A stretch of DNA of 64,000 nt from Lingula anatina (Eukaryota; Animalia; Brachiopoda), in contig CM120643.1 in assembly GCA_051362555.1 (NCBI GenBank), positions 13,552,644 through 13,616,643 on the forward strand, in the 5' to 3' direction. Every line of letters starts with the position of its first letter. Positions within the stretch are counted from its first letter, which is position 1. Positions 32,844 through 46,771 of the stretch are shown here, in pieces. Made by a program: the position numbers and the translations under genes. The notes beneath the pieces are model-generated. The model made no database searches, had not been told where the DNA came from, and worked only from the letters and a program-made list of their open reading frames with translations.

Positions 32844-33824
32844 ATGTACGAGGAAGAAAAGGACGACAAGATAATCCGTGTGAGCACAGATACAGATGAA
32901 TTTGTAATGAGAGGAAGACCATGTGAACTGTCAGCTTTTGCATTTGTACCAACGGAGAGAAATGTGCCAAAAGAAAGAACTTATTTCAACAGCGAGAGAC
33001 AGGTGGGTCTGATGTTGTTTTCATTGGTTACAACATGGCCGCCGTCTGGAAATGCATCAATGTTTAGTCTGGAAACGTTCCGTTGTAACCCTGATCAGTT
33101 GATGAATCTACGAAACACATAAAACAATCATTCTAACAGGACACTTTATTACCATATTGAAAGGTTAAAACCAGTGTGGTATTTAATTTAAACTAATAGA
33201 ATAAAATGGCAAATGACGTATAATGCATATATGCCCAGTATACAGTGGCAGTGTATGGAAATTGATTTTCCGTATATTTCTCATTTCAGGAGAGGTATTC
33301 AAGCTCAACATATGATCGCTTATTTAGAAAACCAGAGCTGTACAACATGTACCTTCACAAGGATGACAGAGAACATGCCAAGTCACGAGGACTCACAGTC
33401 AACAATGAGGTCAGCTTTCAAGTCTTAAGTTCAGCAGTTAATACTTTGTTCAGTTGTCAGGACCTAACAGATTGTCCTTAACCAAACACCAGTGAAAGTT
33501 ATGCTTGGCCAGTGATTAAAAAATGTTTAGTTACAGCCACTATTTTTGATTAGACACAAATAAAACACAATTGAGAAATCACCCCAAAAGCATTTTATAG
33601 TAATAATTTTTCTTTTTGTGCAGGCTTTAGAAAAATGTCTTATCAATTTTTTTTCATCATTTTAGGAAAAAGTGAAAGTTGTCCCTACATTGTCATCTTC
33701 AGACTACGGTCATAGGTTAGATAACGAGTACGACCCTCCCGACAGAAAACATGTGAGGATAGGTCATGTGCAGTCAGAGTTCTACAGGAGAAATGATATC
33801 AATATAAAAGATGCCAAATACTGA
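32844..33824 (+). CDS. CFAP90: Cilia- and flagella-associated protein 90 (C5orf49 homologue), 145 aa
   Basis: Exons 32844-33002, 33290-33409 and 33666-33824 (TGA), all GT-AG, phase 0. The protein contains LSAFAFVPTER..PKERTYF, STYDRLF, LHKDDREHAKSRGLTVNNEE, VPTLSSSDYGHR and GHVQSEFYRRNDI, matching recalled C5orf49 motifs (LHRDDREHAKSLGLHVNEEE; HVQADFYRKNDI). Confidence 0.92.
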
Positions 33825-35100
33825 AACATAGGGATTAAATATTGAGGCATCAAACTTCTGCAATTGAAGAACAGTGCAACAGTAGTCACAATAATGTGCA
33901 CATGACCAGATCTTAATTTTCAAAGATTTCTGCATTGTATTTCATCATTTTACCATCTTCCATCTCATATTTCATCTCTCAAATGAATGATTGACAATGG
34001 CACACAATGTGATTAGCCCAAAGAGTTACTTACCATTATCTCCCAAACAGTAAGCAGATGATGTGCTATGTAGTCGACATGGAATAGCCATTTACATGAG
34101 GCATTTTTGTTTGAAAAAGAAGGGAACACCCATGCCTTGTAGCTGTGGTACCAGACTGACTACTACAAGATAAGGTGCCCAAGTGCGCCGTGTTGAGGAT
34201 CGACCAGAAATTATAACTGTGACAGTTGCCTCAGAAAGGCTAACAGATCAGCCAACTAGAGTGCCTTCATGAAGTGAAAATTGGTTGGCCTATATGTTTT
34301 TCTTTTAGGCCTTATTCCCAAAGGGACTATCTGTCTACGTGGATGGACCCAACTCTGTGGGGACTCTTGCTGAATGCAGTCAGTTTAGCATATGAAAGTG
34401 TTTCCACCTTGCCTTAGTAGAATACAGAAAAGGTGGTGATTACAAAAGGAAACGAGACCTGTCATTCAGTTAAGCTGATTGCAATCAGCAAGAGTGCCAA
34501 CAGAGTTGAGTCAACCAAGGTTGACTTATGGTATCTGTGGGAATGGGATCTTAGTGAAACATGGTTCCAGAGCTTGAAACAAAGAACAGTCTTTGTACCA
34601 ATTGACAATTGTATCTGCATAATACAGTCATTACACCAACTTGATTTAGGAAGATTAAAACTTTTCACTCTCATTTTAATGGCAGGTCTTGACGTTTTAA
34701 ATATGTAATGACAGTTATGGATTTCCTCTTGTTCATTGTAAAAGTTTATTGTACTCAAATACTTCAGAACCATTGTACAGAATTGTAGTTAGAATTTTGT
34801 GGCGAGGTATTTTCCTGCTGCAAATAAAGAACTGTTCATTTCCAGTCAAATTAGTTTTACCAGTCTGCACTGATAAAGGTGTGTGCACACACGACATCAG
34901 TAGCACTTGCTAGAGTTGAATTCAATTTTAATGCACAAACTGAAGTTGTTTCAATTATTACACAATTAACACATATCACAATCTCATCAACACATTTTCC
35001 AAGTCTGAAAAAAAACTCAATATTGACTGATGCCCAATACATCTGAAAGAAGTGGTTTTAAACTTTGCTTTCGGCAGAAATTGCAAAATTGGAACTCCTA

Positions 35101-35315
35101 GGGCGTATTCCCAGTCATTTAGATCGATCTATCCCCATGGGGAGTCTCATTAGATTACTGTCAGATAATCCGGCTTAAATGTCCGTCCCGCCTACTACAA
35201 GCTTTAAGGGGGAAATTAACTTTCGTGCCCGCTCGGCTGACAGCTATTTAGTGTGAACCCCTAGGGAGTTAAGTCGATCTAGTTTGGATCGATCTAATCT
35301 CTGGGAATGGGGTCC
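35101..35315. mobile_element. MITE, copy 2 (possibly PIF/Harbinger-like)
   Basis: GGGCGTATTCCCAG...TAGATCGATC / GATCGATCTAATCTCTGGGAATGGGGTCC with TA on both sides; near-identical to 10912-11128. Confidence 0.75.
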
Positions 35316-36694
35316 TACACAACAACAAAAATTGTAACACGAATCAAAATGTATGCAACTTTTTATTATAAATATTGAATTCAATCTGATAATACATTCT
35401 TCAAAAGGTACACCTGTCACACAACAACAGCAACTGCTATCTTAATTATAGTTAAAGCACCTTACAGATCAGAAACAATCATTACATTTACATTGCACTT
35501 TAATCATGAACTACTACAACCTGATTCTAACAAAGACCAGACGAGAAAAGACATTAGTCCAAACTGCCTGCTTTTTTCACTGTTACTAAAGATTTCATAA
35601 ATTAACCAGTATCTTAACTCGAGTTAAAAATAGATCCAGCCTCCTCTCCGGTACACAAAAACATGGATATCCTCCAAAGGGAGAAAATTCTGTAAGAGAA
35701 CAATACACTGTAACTTAGCTAAACAATAACCATCTACTGTGAATAACGCTGTCAGACCTGACAACAACAAATTCATAAATTTGCCAATAGCAGTGCTGAA
35801 CTTTTACCAAACTTCATCTAAACTCCTTAGTTCAAAAATAATTCTGAATACAATATACCTCCTTTGTATATATTCAGCACAGACTTTAAACAAACTTAAC
35901 CTGAGCACACATATCTCACTGTCCAGTGTAGTCGACTTCCTTAAACATTTGTCAGAACACCATTTGGGGGGGGGGGGGGTAGTTTGGGGTAGGATGGTAC
36001 ACTGGTAACAGGAATTTCTCCATACAGTGCAGGCACTTTCCTTATTTAAAAAAAAAAAAACATTCTGTATGCGTATATAGACTCCTGACACAGGTGTCAA
36101 CTGGCCTTCTTCATTTTCAATTAATAATCACAACTGGGAAACATTTGTACACATTAATATGTTACAGTGATGTGTTTTCTATGGATTTTACTTTCTTCAG
36201 ATTTTCCACAGATGAATATGTAGAATGCTTCCTCACTACCGAGGTCCAAGTACAAAGACCAAGGGACACTCAAGTTGAAAACTATTTATTTTTTCTTGAA
36301 TTGTTTATGAACCTACTACAATATTTATGCCGTCTTTAAAAATGTGCTGAAGTTTTAAAGTTTAGGGAAATTTTCTTTAAAATCCCAAAAGCTACACTAA
36401 GCTTCAATAAGAAAACAGAAGTAAAATGGACAAGGTGATTTTCCATCATTTCCAATCTAACGCAATTCTTTATAATTGTTTGGCAGAACACTTTCCTACA
36501 ATAATGCTGCTAGGCTTATAACATTTGTGAAAGTTAACATTCTCTCACATTTATATGTTAAACTTTTTTTTTTTACGAGCAAGTTTTCTCATGGCAGACT
36601 TTCAATCAAATGACAATTTCTTAGATAGTAATAATATACAATCTCCAATAAATACAATAAACTGCATTTTATGCTACCATGTATGTAAATAATT

Positions 36695-39055
36695 TTATTC
36701 CACAACTACAACATCATCTTCAAGAGCAACATCATTCCTGGGGATACTGCCGTTGTCCTTAACAACAGCCTTACCCACATCAATCTCCTTAGAAAGTCCA
36801 CTAATTCCATACTTCTCCAGAACCCTACGTGATAACCTCTCTATTCTGACATGACACTTCTTTGTGTGCCCCATGAGGTGGATTCTGTACGCCTTCCCCT
36901 CATAGCACCGACCACATAAGTTACACCGCACCTTTTCGTGCAGGTCCAACATATGCTGTCTGAGGGCCGTAGTGGACAGTGCCCCAAAGCCACACTTGTT
37001 ACACATGAAAAGCTTCTCCTTGTGGGCCAAGAACAAATGGTAGCCCAGCTCGTCCAGAGAGTTGAACTTCACTGAGCAGTGGCGGCATCCTAACCCACCG
37101 TGTTTCTCTCCGAAATGATGGTAGTACTCCTGCACATTGGCAAAATTGCTAATACCACAGGTCTTGCACTCATAGGGAGTATTCTGCGTCATGACACGAG
37201 GACTGGTCGTGGGTTTCCCTTTTGGGACAGCCTTCTTCCTGGATGCTGGCAGAGTGGCGAACGCAGGAGTTTTCTCAATTCTATCTCTGGCCACAGCAGC
37301 TGTTCTGACCTCTGCAACCATTTTCATTGGCTGTAAACTCAGTCCGTGGTACTTCGCCATGTGAGATTCAAGGTCTTTTTCACACGTGAATGTCTTACCG
37401 CAGCTCACACAGCGGTTGATTTCCACCAGGTTTAAGAAGTTCAGGCCGTGGGCAGTTTCCAGGTGAGTGACTAACTGTTGAAAGCTCCTCTTGCAAATGA
37501 AACACTCGTTCTGGAAGTGAGTTTTGGAGTGGCGGTTCCAGCCCTGTGATGTCCAAAATGTTGCCATACACACAGCACAGGTCAGCGGAGGACTCTTGTA
37601 CTTCTGGAAAATATCCGGTGACATGTTGATCTGGTGAGCGTAATAAAAGTGAACTCGCAATGCATCTCGATTCATGACAAAGCCGTCACAAAGTTCACAG
37701 ACCTCGTAATCTTTCTTGGAAACCTTTGGAGCAGTTGGCCCATTGACATCCACTGAAGATCCAGACCGTTTCAAAATCTGCGAAATGGCAGATAATCCTG
37801 GTGACAACTTTGGTCCATCAGGCTGAGCAGCATACATTTGAACAGGAGTAGGTGGCGCTGTTGTCTGTTTGGGATGTCCCACAATGGCAGAAATTGGGCG
37901 CGAGGATTGGATGGCTTGGGTTGCAGCATGCATAGGAACCAGCCCCACGCTGGTCCACACGTAAATCTGGCCATTGAGATTGAAGGTCTGCATTCCCGCT
38001 AAATGTTGACTAGGAGAGAGTCCTGGTTGGGGCCCTGGTGTCCTGTTCTGTTGCGCAGCGTTAGGTTTGTTTCCAGGGAGAAGGGACACTGGTGGGGCAG
38101 GTTTGGGTTTTGGTGGCGGGGGCCTCTTTACCTCCACACTCAGAGAGTGGTGCAGAAAATTGTTGGTGGGAGCCAGGTTTTTGCCAATGTCGAACCGTCT
38201 CCTGCAGCCTATCTCGTGCTGCATTAAGCGGTTCTTGTGATTTTGTTCATAGAAGCATAGCGTGCATTGATGAAAAAGAGGTCTTGGGACGAAGCGCGCA
38301 TTTTTATTGTGATTTCCTTTCATGTGATAGGTGAAAGCTATGGGCTGGCGGCTGTGGAAGTCACAGAAGGAACAAGTCATCTTATCTGCCTCCATGTGGG
38401 GATACTCCATGTGATGTTCTAGAACATTCTGGGATTCTGTTTTGAAGTTACACTTGGAGCATTTCAAATTTTTATGGTGCAGGGATTCATTTTTTTCCAG
38501 CAAAACTGAGTGTTCCTTTTTCATCTTCTCAAGTTCCTCTTGTTCCTTTTCCTCCAATTTGTCCTCTTTCAGGCGTTTCGTCTGCACACGAGCGAGACTT
38601 TTATAAGTCTTTTCCTTCACTAGATCAAGACCAATGTTGAACAGAAATGCACCAACTAGCCCTACCATGCTCTTGGGTGCCTCCCCATAGAAGTCCGGCT
38701 CCTTTACAGCTGGGGTCTGTTTCTGCTGAGAAGTGTTGAAGGATGCCGCTGGGGGCGCTGCACCTGCACTGGTGAGAGCCTTTAAAAGGGGTCCTGCAGA
38801 TTTTGATGTCACACTGGTGGGCGTGGGCGATCCATTAGCTCTTGGGGCACTGGCTTGACTAGCACCTGGGGACCCACCACTAGAGGGAGATACTGATGAT
38901 GGAGTGTGGATCTTTGGCGCAGAGGGGCTTTCCTGTTAAAGAAAAAAATGTGGATGCATAATGTTATGTAGACTGTAAATATTAACTAAGACTAAACGAG
39001 CAGTTTAACTGAAACTGGTAAAGGTGTCTTTACACGCCTCCCCCCCCCCAACGCG

Positions 39056-39097
<42 letters not shown>

Positions 39098-41471
39098 AGA
39101 AAAAAAAAAAAAAAAAACTCCGACAAATTGTTAGAAATAAAAACTAGAAAGACAGGGCTCAGGGACCATATGGCAGGGGCTCTAGGAAAAACACCAGGAA
39201 ACAACTAGAGATCTAAATAAAATTGGAATATTTATACTCTAGACTTTTACCCGAGATAATTTTTCACATTCTTCACCGAAGTCAACAATTCTAAATCCAG
39301 TCTTTCATTGCCAAGAGGAGCCTAATCTACCCACCTGTGCTGCCATCTGTCCCACCGTCTCCTCCACCAGGTCCTGTAGAGTAGAGCCATCTAAAAATAC
39401 ACAAATCATCATCAAGACACGATTTATGTTTTCACTGACATGCCCACCATATCATACAAAGGATTTAAAACTTTATTGCTTTAAATGAATGCCATGCAAA
39501 TGTTTTATGTTTATCAAGATGCAAAATTAATTGTATTCTTTTGTGGAAAATATCAATCTAAAGTTTCAAAATTCATTCATATACATATATATAAAAAATT
39601 TGTGACCTTTTACTTTAAAATATCCCCTGTAATTAAATCAACTTTATCAAAATAAAAAAAAAATCCAGATGCCCAACCAAATTACAGCATACTCCAGGAC
39701 AGAAACATTAATTAGTAAGCCAATGGAAAAACAGCCTTAGCAGCCACGTGGAAATAATGAAAAAATGATATAATGCCTACTTTTTTCCTTTTCACCATTT
39801 GTACTTTTGGTGGGTTCTCCAGTTTCCATTTCTGTCTCACTGTCATCAGTGTCTGAGTTCTGGACAATGATGAATTCATCTGTGCTCTCAACAATCTTCC
39901 CCGAAACAGAGCTGAAGTCTTGTTTTTTCCCTTCAGGGGCAGATTTGCTTTCATGCAACTGAGTAGGGGAGTCCATTTCCATTTCTTCAACTTCTTTTAC
40001 AGGACTTGCTCTGGCTTCCTGGTTTTCTACTTCTGTCCCTTGATTAAGTTTCATCTCTCCACCTTCTTTCCTTTTACTGGCTGTTTTTATTTCAGCACCA
40101 CAAGGATCACTTTTCTGAACCACATCACTGGCATCAGAGCCATTCAGCTCATTTTCAAGTTCTTCAGATTTCCCATCACCAAGTGTACTTTCATCTTGAG
40201 CAACTACATTGTCATTGAGATTGCTGAATTGAGCACTAATACCGTCTGGACTGGACACATTCTCAGAACTTTTCTTGGTTTGCTGAGGACCTGATATGTC
40301 AGTGGAAGAGGGACAGTCAGATTGGCCATTGTTGACTGGTATAGAAATTTGACCATTGTTGACTGGTATAACAGCAACAGTTTGGCTATTGATGTCTGGT
40401 GTAGCAGTTTTGCTATTGTTATCTGGTATAACAGTTTGGCCATTATTGCCTGGTATAACAGTTAGGCCATTGCTAGCTGGTAAAGCAGCTTGGTCATTGT
40501 TTTCTGGTATAACTGTTTGGTCACTGTTGACTGGTACAAACTGGTTAGTTTCCATAGGTTCATCTGTCACTTCTGCTTCTCCATTTACATCCTCCACCAC
40601 CGTGTGAGAATTAGTAGAACCATTCATTTCTATACCCTTCTGCAAATATATGAAATGATTCTTAATACAACAACAAAATCCCCAGCACTGGTCTTTGTAC
40701 TGTAGCACAGTGGATGTGGAATAATTTTTTTGGTTTTGAATACTTAATTGCTATACAAGAAATGACTCAAACTAGAACACAAGTGCAGTTAACACATCAA
40801 TATTTCAGTTTCATTCATCAACATTGTTTTGGGTGGCAGAAATGTCCTTTTTCAGTATTCAACAGCAGTATCTTATAATTTACCAATAAAACAAAAATTG
40901 GGCTTTTGAAATACAAATACCTCTGTGGATGTCTGCTTAACTTGTATCTCTGGCACCTCACAATTTTTTCCCTCTGCAGATCCATTGACATGAGCGCCAT
41001 CTAGTTTTGTGCAGCTCTCTGGATCCTGGAGGTAACAATCACCCATGTCATAATTAGCAAAAACCAGTGAAATAAAAACAAATACAACTCTAATAAAATA
41101 TCAGTTATATAACCAATTGTATGCTCTGTGGTCATTTTCAGAAACTCAAATGAATAACTGTGCTATTGCCCTTGCCATAAGTCAGTTGACACACCATACA
41201 CACCTATCTCATTTGGCAGACTTTAACATACTTTTGCGCTTCAACCTCGATGAGGACATAATTTGGGGTTGTTAAGTTGTAAGAAATGGCTCAGTGCCTT
41301 ACAAGCAGGGATCTTGAGATGGCTTATAATATAGCAGAAAACCACCCAAAGAAACGGATCTACTATTTAAATACATAATATAAAAGGGAAAAAATCTGTT
41401 ACCTGTTCCTCACTGCCACTGGTGCCCCATGTTGTTGTTACACTTTCACCATCACCTGGTCTCATCATCAT
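36695..41471 (-). CDS. MEP-1: MEP-1-like (MOG-interacting and ectopic P-granules protein 1) multi-C2H2 zinc-finger protein, ~1108 aa
   Basis: Exons 41471-41403, 41025-40921, 40639-39781, 39390-39335 and 38932-36695; GT-AG, phases agree, 3327 nt. The block FLFNIGLDLVKE...QTKR...EKN...KCSKCNFKTESQNVLEHHMEYPHM, then CSFCDF..HMKGNH, CTLCFYE and a later YEVCELCDGFV....LRVHFYYAH, resembles the insect MEP-1 architecture as I recall it. Confidence 0.8.
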
Positions 41472-42509
41472 GCTTTACACCTGAAACAAGAAAATATATT
41501 TACTTTTAGGAAGTCAAGAAAATTAAAATATCAAGCAACAACAAGCAAGTCAAGCTTTAAACTAGAAATTAAGCTGTTTTTACCCCGAGTGTCAGAGCAC
41601 AGTAAAAGCTAGCTTGTTAAATATTAAATATATCTTGTGATGGAGTCGCTTTTACTAGTATTGCTGATATGGCTTATATATGAAATCAAGATCGAGCTGG
41701 CAATACTGGAATCTAGAACCTAAGGTAGCTGTTTTGAGCTTTAAGCAAACTCTAAGGCAATGCCTATTGGTGTTTTTGATTTCTTGGCCATCATCAGTTA
41801 TAACACGCCTGCCACAGCCTTCATTCCACACCAGAATTCATAAAATATAACACTGACTGAAGAAACCAAAAAACAGTAACTTTATGACTTCACTGGCTGT
41901 TTAATTCAATGCCGATGGAGCTTAAGATGACTATAATTAATTCCCTAAGGAACCCCATAAGCTTTACCACGAAAAATCAATTTTTCAAGTCCACACCTTA
42001 TACATATCATGATCTGGTAGTCTGTTCTGGCTATCAAGGGGAGACTATCAAGTTGAGTTTTCATTAATGGTCAAATTCTGATTTGACCAATTTGGCAGGA
42101 CAAGCACTGGTCAGTGAGGATGGCCAACTGGTCAGACACTACTATTAACAATGACTTGGAATATGTCAATAATGTCAGATATGAGCAAAAGTCAGAGTAG
42201 CAATGACTGACATTTATTATCTCTTTCAGCTATCACATTATAGTAAAATCATTTCACTGACTGCCGACACTGCTTTCTGCGCCCCCCCCCCTTTCCCTCA
42301 CATCCCCATTAATTACAGCACTGCAAATAATTAGTATTCGCCGGTTGAGATAACAGCCACGCTTGCAACTAATCGACATTGTCCTGATATGCTTAGAAAT
42401 ATAATTAGGAAAAAAAGCTGAGCAGAATTATTCTTCTTATTCTTCTAACATAAAAATGCAATCGATTCGCGAGCGCCACCTAGGACAGACAGGCCCGACA
42501 TGAATTTAA

Positions 42510-42850
42510 CCCACTTCCCGCCATTCACAAACACGCATTAGCGATATTATCTACAGGCGTCGCTTTCTTTATTTCTCAGCTTAATTTTTCCGACTGTAAG
42601 CATTCAGCGATTACTCATCCTACCTACCGACAGCAGACTAACTTGAAAACCTGCTGCAATCACTTTTCTTGCATGTACCGCACTCTTTGTTTCTCAGGCT
42701 TGGTGGAAAAATGGCGATCATGTCACGTGATGAATGACGACACACAGCTGACCCCGAACTTGTAATAACAGGAAGTGAACTTTATGACAAATGAGAACGA
42801 GATTTTTCTAGTACAAGATGGCGCATGCGCCTTTTTGAGAGGCACGTGCA
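42510..42850. promoter_or_regulatory. Promoter and probable non-coding first exon of the MEP-1-like gene
   Basis: CpG-richer patch with AAAATGGCG (~42708), E-box TCACGTGA (~42723), ETS CAGGAAGTG (~42769) and AAGATGGCGCATGCGC (YY1+NRF1, ~42815). Minus-strand GTAGG donors at ~42623-42628. Confidence 0.6.
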
Positions 42851-44364
42851 GAGTTGTTAAAATTTGACAATTAAAAAAAAAAAATGAAAAAAATTATAAA
42901 ACAGTTAGCTGTTTACGGATATAAAAAAGTAATAGTTAATTGATAGGTCTACTATATAAGCCTCGGAATGAATTTTTTCTGCAACCATTTTTAGGAAGCA
43001 ATTTAAACCACGCAAAAATCTTCAGTTTGAAAATTTTAGTATCATTTGGCTAAATGTAATATTAAACTTCATTATTTACTCAAAAAAGCCAAACGCACTG
43101 CGTTCAGTTGCAATCCTTTTATTATTATTGTTTTTTTTTTTATTGAGATCACTGACCAATTATTCTAAGGCGCTTTAATAATATCTTCAACTCGAGAGAT
43201 ACATGTATAAAATGTCTCATAAACGTTTTCTGGTTGTCTTGCGAAACTACAATTTTCTCCGCGACTAATTTTTCAAAGTGACGGGACTTATCTGCCCAAA
43301 TAATTTTCCTGGGGTAATTTTTTTAACCCAAGAAAAGCAGATTTAAAATTTGCTTTAATTTTTTTCCTAGTTATTCTGTCAAACTACTGTTTTTTTTTCT
43401 GCATCCTATATTTTAAAATGACTCTACACTTACCCACCAAAATGAATTTTATTTGGGTAACAGGCAATTTTCTCCTACTCACGAATCCATTTACAACACA
43501 ACCCTGCACGTGGATTCGATGTCTTATTCTATTTTAAATTGCACAATTTAGTTATAAATGACTGTCCTTTCGTAAAAAATGCATTAAAAGGGTCAAACTT
43601 TTTGAGAAATTTCACCGACAAATTTAAAATGAGTCCGTTTAGGAAGCGCATTTAGTGCTCAGAATGGGTTTTTTGTTGTTAGTTTCTGTCTGCTTTCGAA
43701 TTGCTTTTGAGAATCTGACAGCTCTTTCAACGGGAGTGTCCGAATGAGCGCAAACATAACAATTACTCGATAGCGACATAACAGTGCTGAAAAATGCACA
43801 AATCTATTGTGCCGTTAGTCGAACAATTCATAAACAGTGAAATAACACTTTGTAACAATATGGGGGTCTCTCGTCCAGTACGCTTAACTACGTATGCGTG
43901 GCAACTCACCAGGAAACACTTTTGGGGACCCCTTCTCTCTCTCATCATCCCAGGACCCCCCTAAATCCGCCACAGATTATACACTACGATGTGAAAACAT
44001 GGGGTTAACAAAATATCAAAATACACTGTATATGGAAAAATGAAACGACTATAGGCATGCTGTGTTAAAACAAATCGGCGTACCGGGTGCTGGACGCCCA
44101 ATAATTCAAAAGCAGGAAAAATTGTTTCTTCGGGGAAGTTTCTGTTTGGTGAGAAATTCGGAGACGGGGCATTATCCTTAATGGTCGATTGCAAAGGCTT
44201 GGAAGGCTTCAGGTTATTAAATAAAGTAGACAAAATAATTATTCATAAATGATGTGGAAAACAGCACAGGGTTCAAACGTCAGCGCATGTTCCTGTGCAA
44301 AGGGAAACGCCTTTGAATGCTGCTATATGCTTGATTGAAAAGACTCAAGTTAGCTCGCTAGAGG

Positions 44365-46190
44365 AACAAGGCAGCAAAGCTGTCAAATGTACAGACAAAA
44401 AGCAGGAAATAACTATGCACAAAATAGGCTACTGTCAATTCTGATGCAAAAGTACATTATGTTAAACTGCAAATTCAACATCAAATTTTAATTATGCTCA
44501 ACAGGTAATACCAATGTAAGTAAAATGTGTAACAAGCATAAGGCTTCAGGCCCATGGCAGTTCAAGTTCACACTTTGAAAATGTATAACTTCCAGAAAAA
44601 GAAGCCAATTAGACTGCTTTTCCAACTCAGGCTGCATTTTAGTCCTGTATTTCTTTTCTGAACGTTTGGCAATCATCAGTAACATGGTTTTCCCATAATG
44701 GTCATCATGGCAGCAGCACCCAAAATTGTGTTTTCTTCTATTCTGATGCAATATTACATAGTGGTTAACAGCATAATGACCGTCAATTTTTAATAATAAA
44801 ATATGCGTATCATGGATTTTCAGAAAATGTGACTAGCATGTGTCTTCAAGCCCATGGAACTTCAAAGTCACACCTTGAAAATGCCAATATGTGAAAAATT
44901 AAATTTTCACACAAAAAAAACTGTTTAACTAGCAGAAAGAATTACCAAACAGACTGCATTGCCTACTGAAGCTGTATTTTAGTCCCATGTTTCTTTCCTG
45001 TAAGTTTGAGAACAGTAAGTGACATGATTTTTCTTAAATGGTCATCATGGGAGCAGTGCCCAAAATATTTTTTTCCAAATTTTGATGCAATATTACATAA
45101 CGTTTAACAGCATAATGACCATCAATTTTTAATAATAAAATATTAGTATTATGGATATTCAGAAAATGTGACTAGCAAAGGTCTTCAGGCCCATGGAACT
45201 TCAAAGTCACAACTTGAAAATGCCAAAATGTAAATAAGACAGCACTGTTCTGAAATGTTTTTTTTTTTCCATTTTTAACACTTTTTTAACATAAAACAAA
45301 ATTAACAGTTTACTGCCATTTTTATATGTCCAACTAAGAAAATTGATGAGATGTGAAAAATATCAATAAAACGGTGTCAAATGTCCAATTTCCTCCATTC
45401 TGAGTTTCTGAACATAGTGAATGATTGAATCTTACAAACTGCAATGATATGAGTTTATTTCCATTTTTGACACCTTATTACACAATACACGATTACAAGT
45501 TTACCATAATTTTTATGTAATCAACTAACAATGTTGTAAAGATGCAGGAAATGTCAAACAAACACTTTTACGTATCTTATTAATTAAATAATGAGACTGT
45601 TAACATGCCTAAGAATTGAATCTGAGGAAAAGTGAAAAAACAGCATAACTTATAAAATAATGGTCCGATTATGCTGATTTTCAAACTTGACCTGCGTTTT
45701 AGTAAGATTGATTACTCCTGTGAGTTTCATGACAACAGGCCTATCAGTTTTCCTTGAAATGTGTTAACAGTGTTGCATATATGCTCAAAAGTGAAAAAAC
45801 AGCATAACTACTAAAATAGTGGCCCGATCATGCCGATTTTCGAACTTGATCTGCGTTTTAGTAAGATTGATTACTCCTGTGAGTTTCATGACAACAGGCC
45901 TATCAGTTTTCCTTGAAATGTGTTAACAGTGTTGCATGTATGCTGAAAAGTGAAAAAACAGCATAAATTCTACAATAATGGCCCGATCATGCTGATTTTC
46001 GAACTTGACTTGTGTTTTATGAATATTCATCAGCTCTGTAAATATAAAGCCAAAAAGTAAAACTGTCTTCCACTTATGGTGTTAACGCTGAAAGTGCACG
46101 GCGACGGCGACGGCGACATAATCGGCGACGGCGACGACAGACGCAGGTGATGGCAATATGTACAGACACATCTGTGTCTGTACATAAAAA
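44365..46190 (-). mobile_element. Non-autonomous Helentron/HINE (DINE-1-like) element with internal tandem repeats
   Basis: Minus-strand 5' end TTTTTATGTACAGACACAGATGTGTCTGTACA (subterminal IR hairpin) followed by (GTCGCC)n. A ~160-bp unit repeats three times (45628, 45788, 45947) and 300-340-bp units lie at ~44520-45230. The 3' end is TGTCTGTACA + palindrome GACAGCTTTGCTGCC + TTGTT. Confidence 0.75.
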
Positions 46191-46519
46191 GTACAATCAA
46201 AAACTATAATATGGAGTATTTTTACCTATACTTTGGCTAATATACCTTTGAATTTTAATGAAACTAGACAGCAAACATGACCTATATACAGATAATAAAC
46301 TACACGGGAATGTACTCCTATCACTCAATCGTATATAGGCTTTGAATTCCCTTTGAATCATTCCCAGAAAGAAAATTCTCTATTCCTCTGATGATTCTCA
46401 CTTAGTTAAAAGCAAATAATATTATTACTTCACAATCTGGTTGAGGTGAATATTGCATCGTCAGCAACTCAGAGATGCAAACCTCTGGAAATCTAAAATC
46501 TAGAGATTCTAAGACTTGA

Positions 46520-46771
46520 GTTCCCATACCTAGATCAATCTAACAAGATCAATCTGTCTCCAAGGGGTTTCTCACTAAATTGCTTTCAGCTTAAGTGGCT
46601 TAGACGTCTGGAACATCTACCAAAGCTGCTAAATGATAATTATTTACCCCTCAGCAGCTTCAGTAGGCGTGACAGACATCTAAGCCGTTTTATTTGACTG
46701 CAATTTAGCCAGATTCCCCTTGGAGATAGATCGATCCACAGTTAGTACAACAGGCTCTGGGAATGGTTCCT
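46520..46771. mobile_element. Diverged MITE related to the 10912/35101 family
   Basis: TTCCCATACCTAGATCAATC...CTCCAAGGGG / CCCCTTGGAGATAGATCGATC...CTGGGAATGG inverted ends. Confidence 0.55.

Noticed and set aside
34058-34165. Possible C/D snoRNA (ATGATG...CTGA); similar motif pair at ~20883-20937
   Set aside because: No recognisable rRNA/snRNA antisense element and a weak terminal stem; the adjacent sequence looks like a decayed SINE.
34309-34560. Exon-like segment after a strong acceptor (ttcttttag)
   Set aside because: All three frames stop quickly and resemble nothing I recognise; at most a UTR or non-coding exon.
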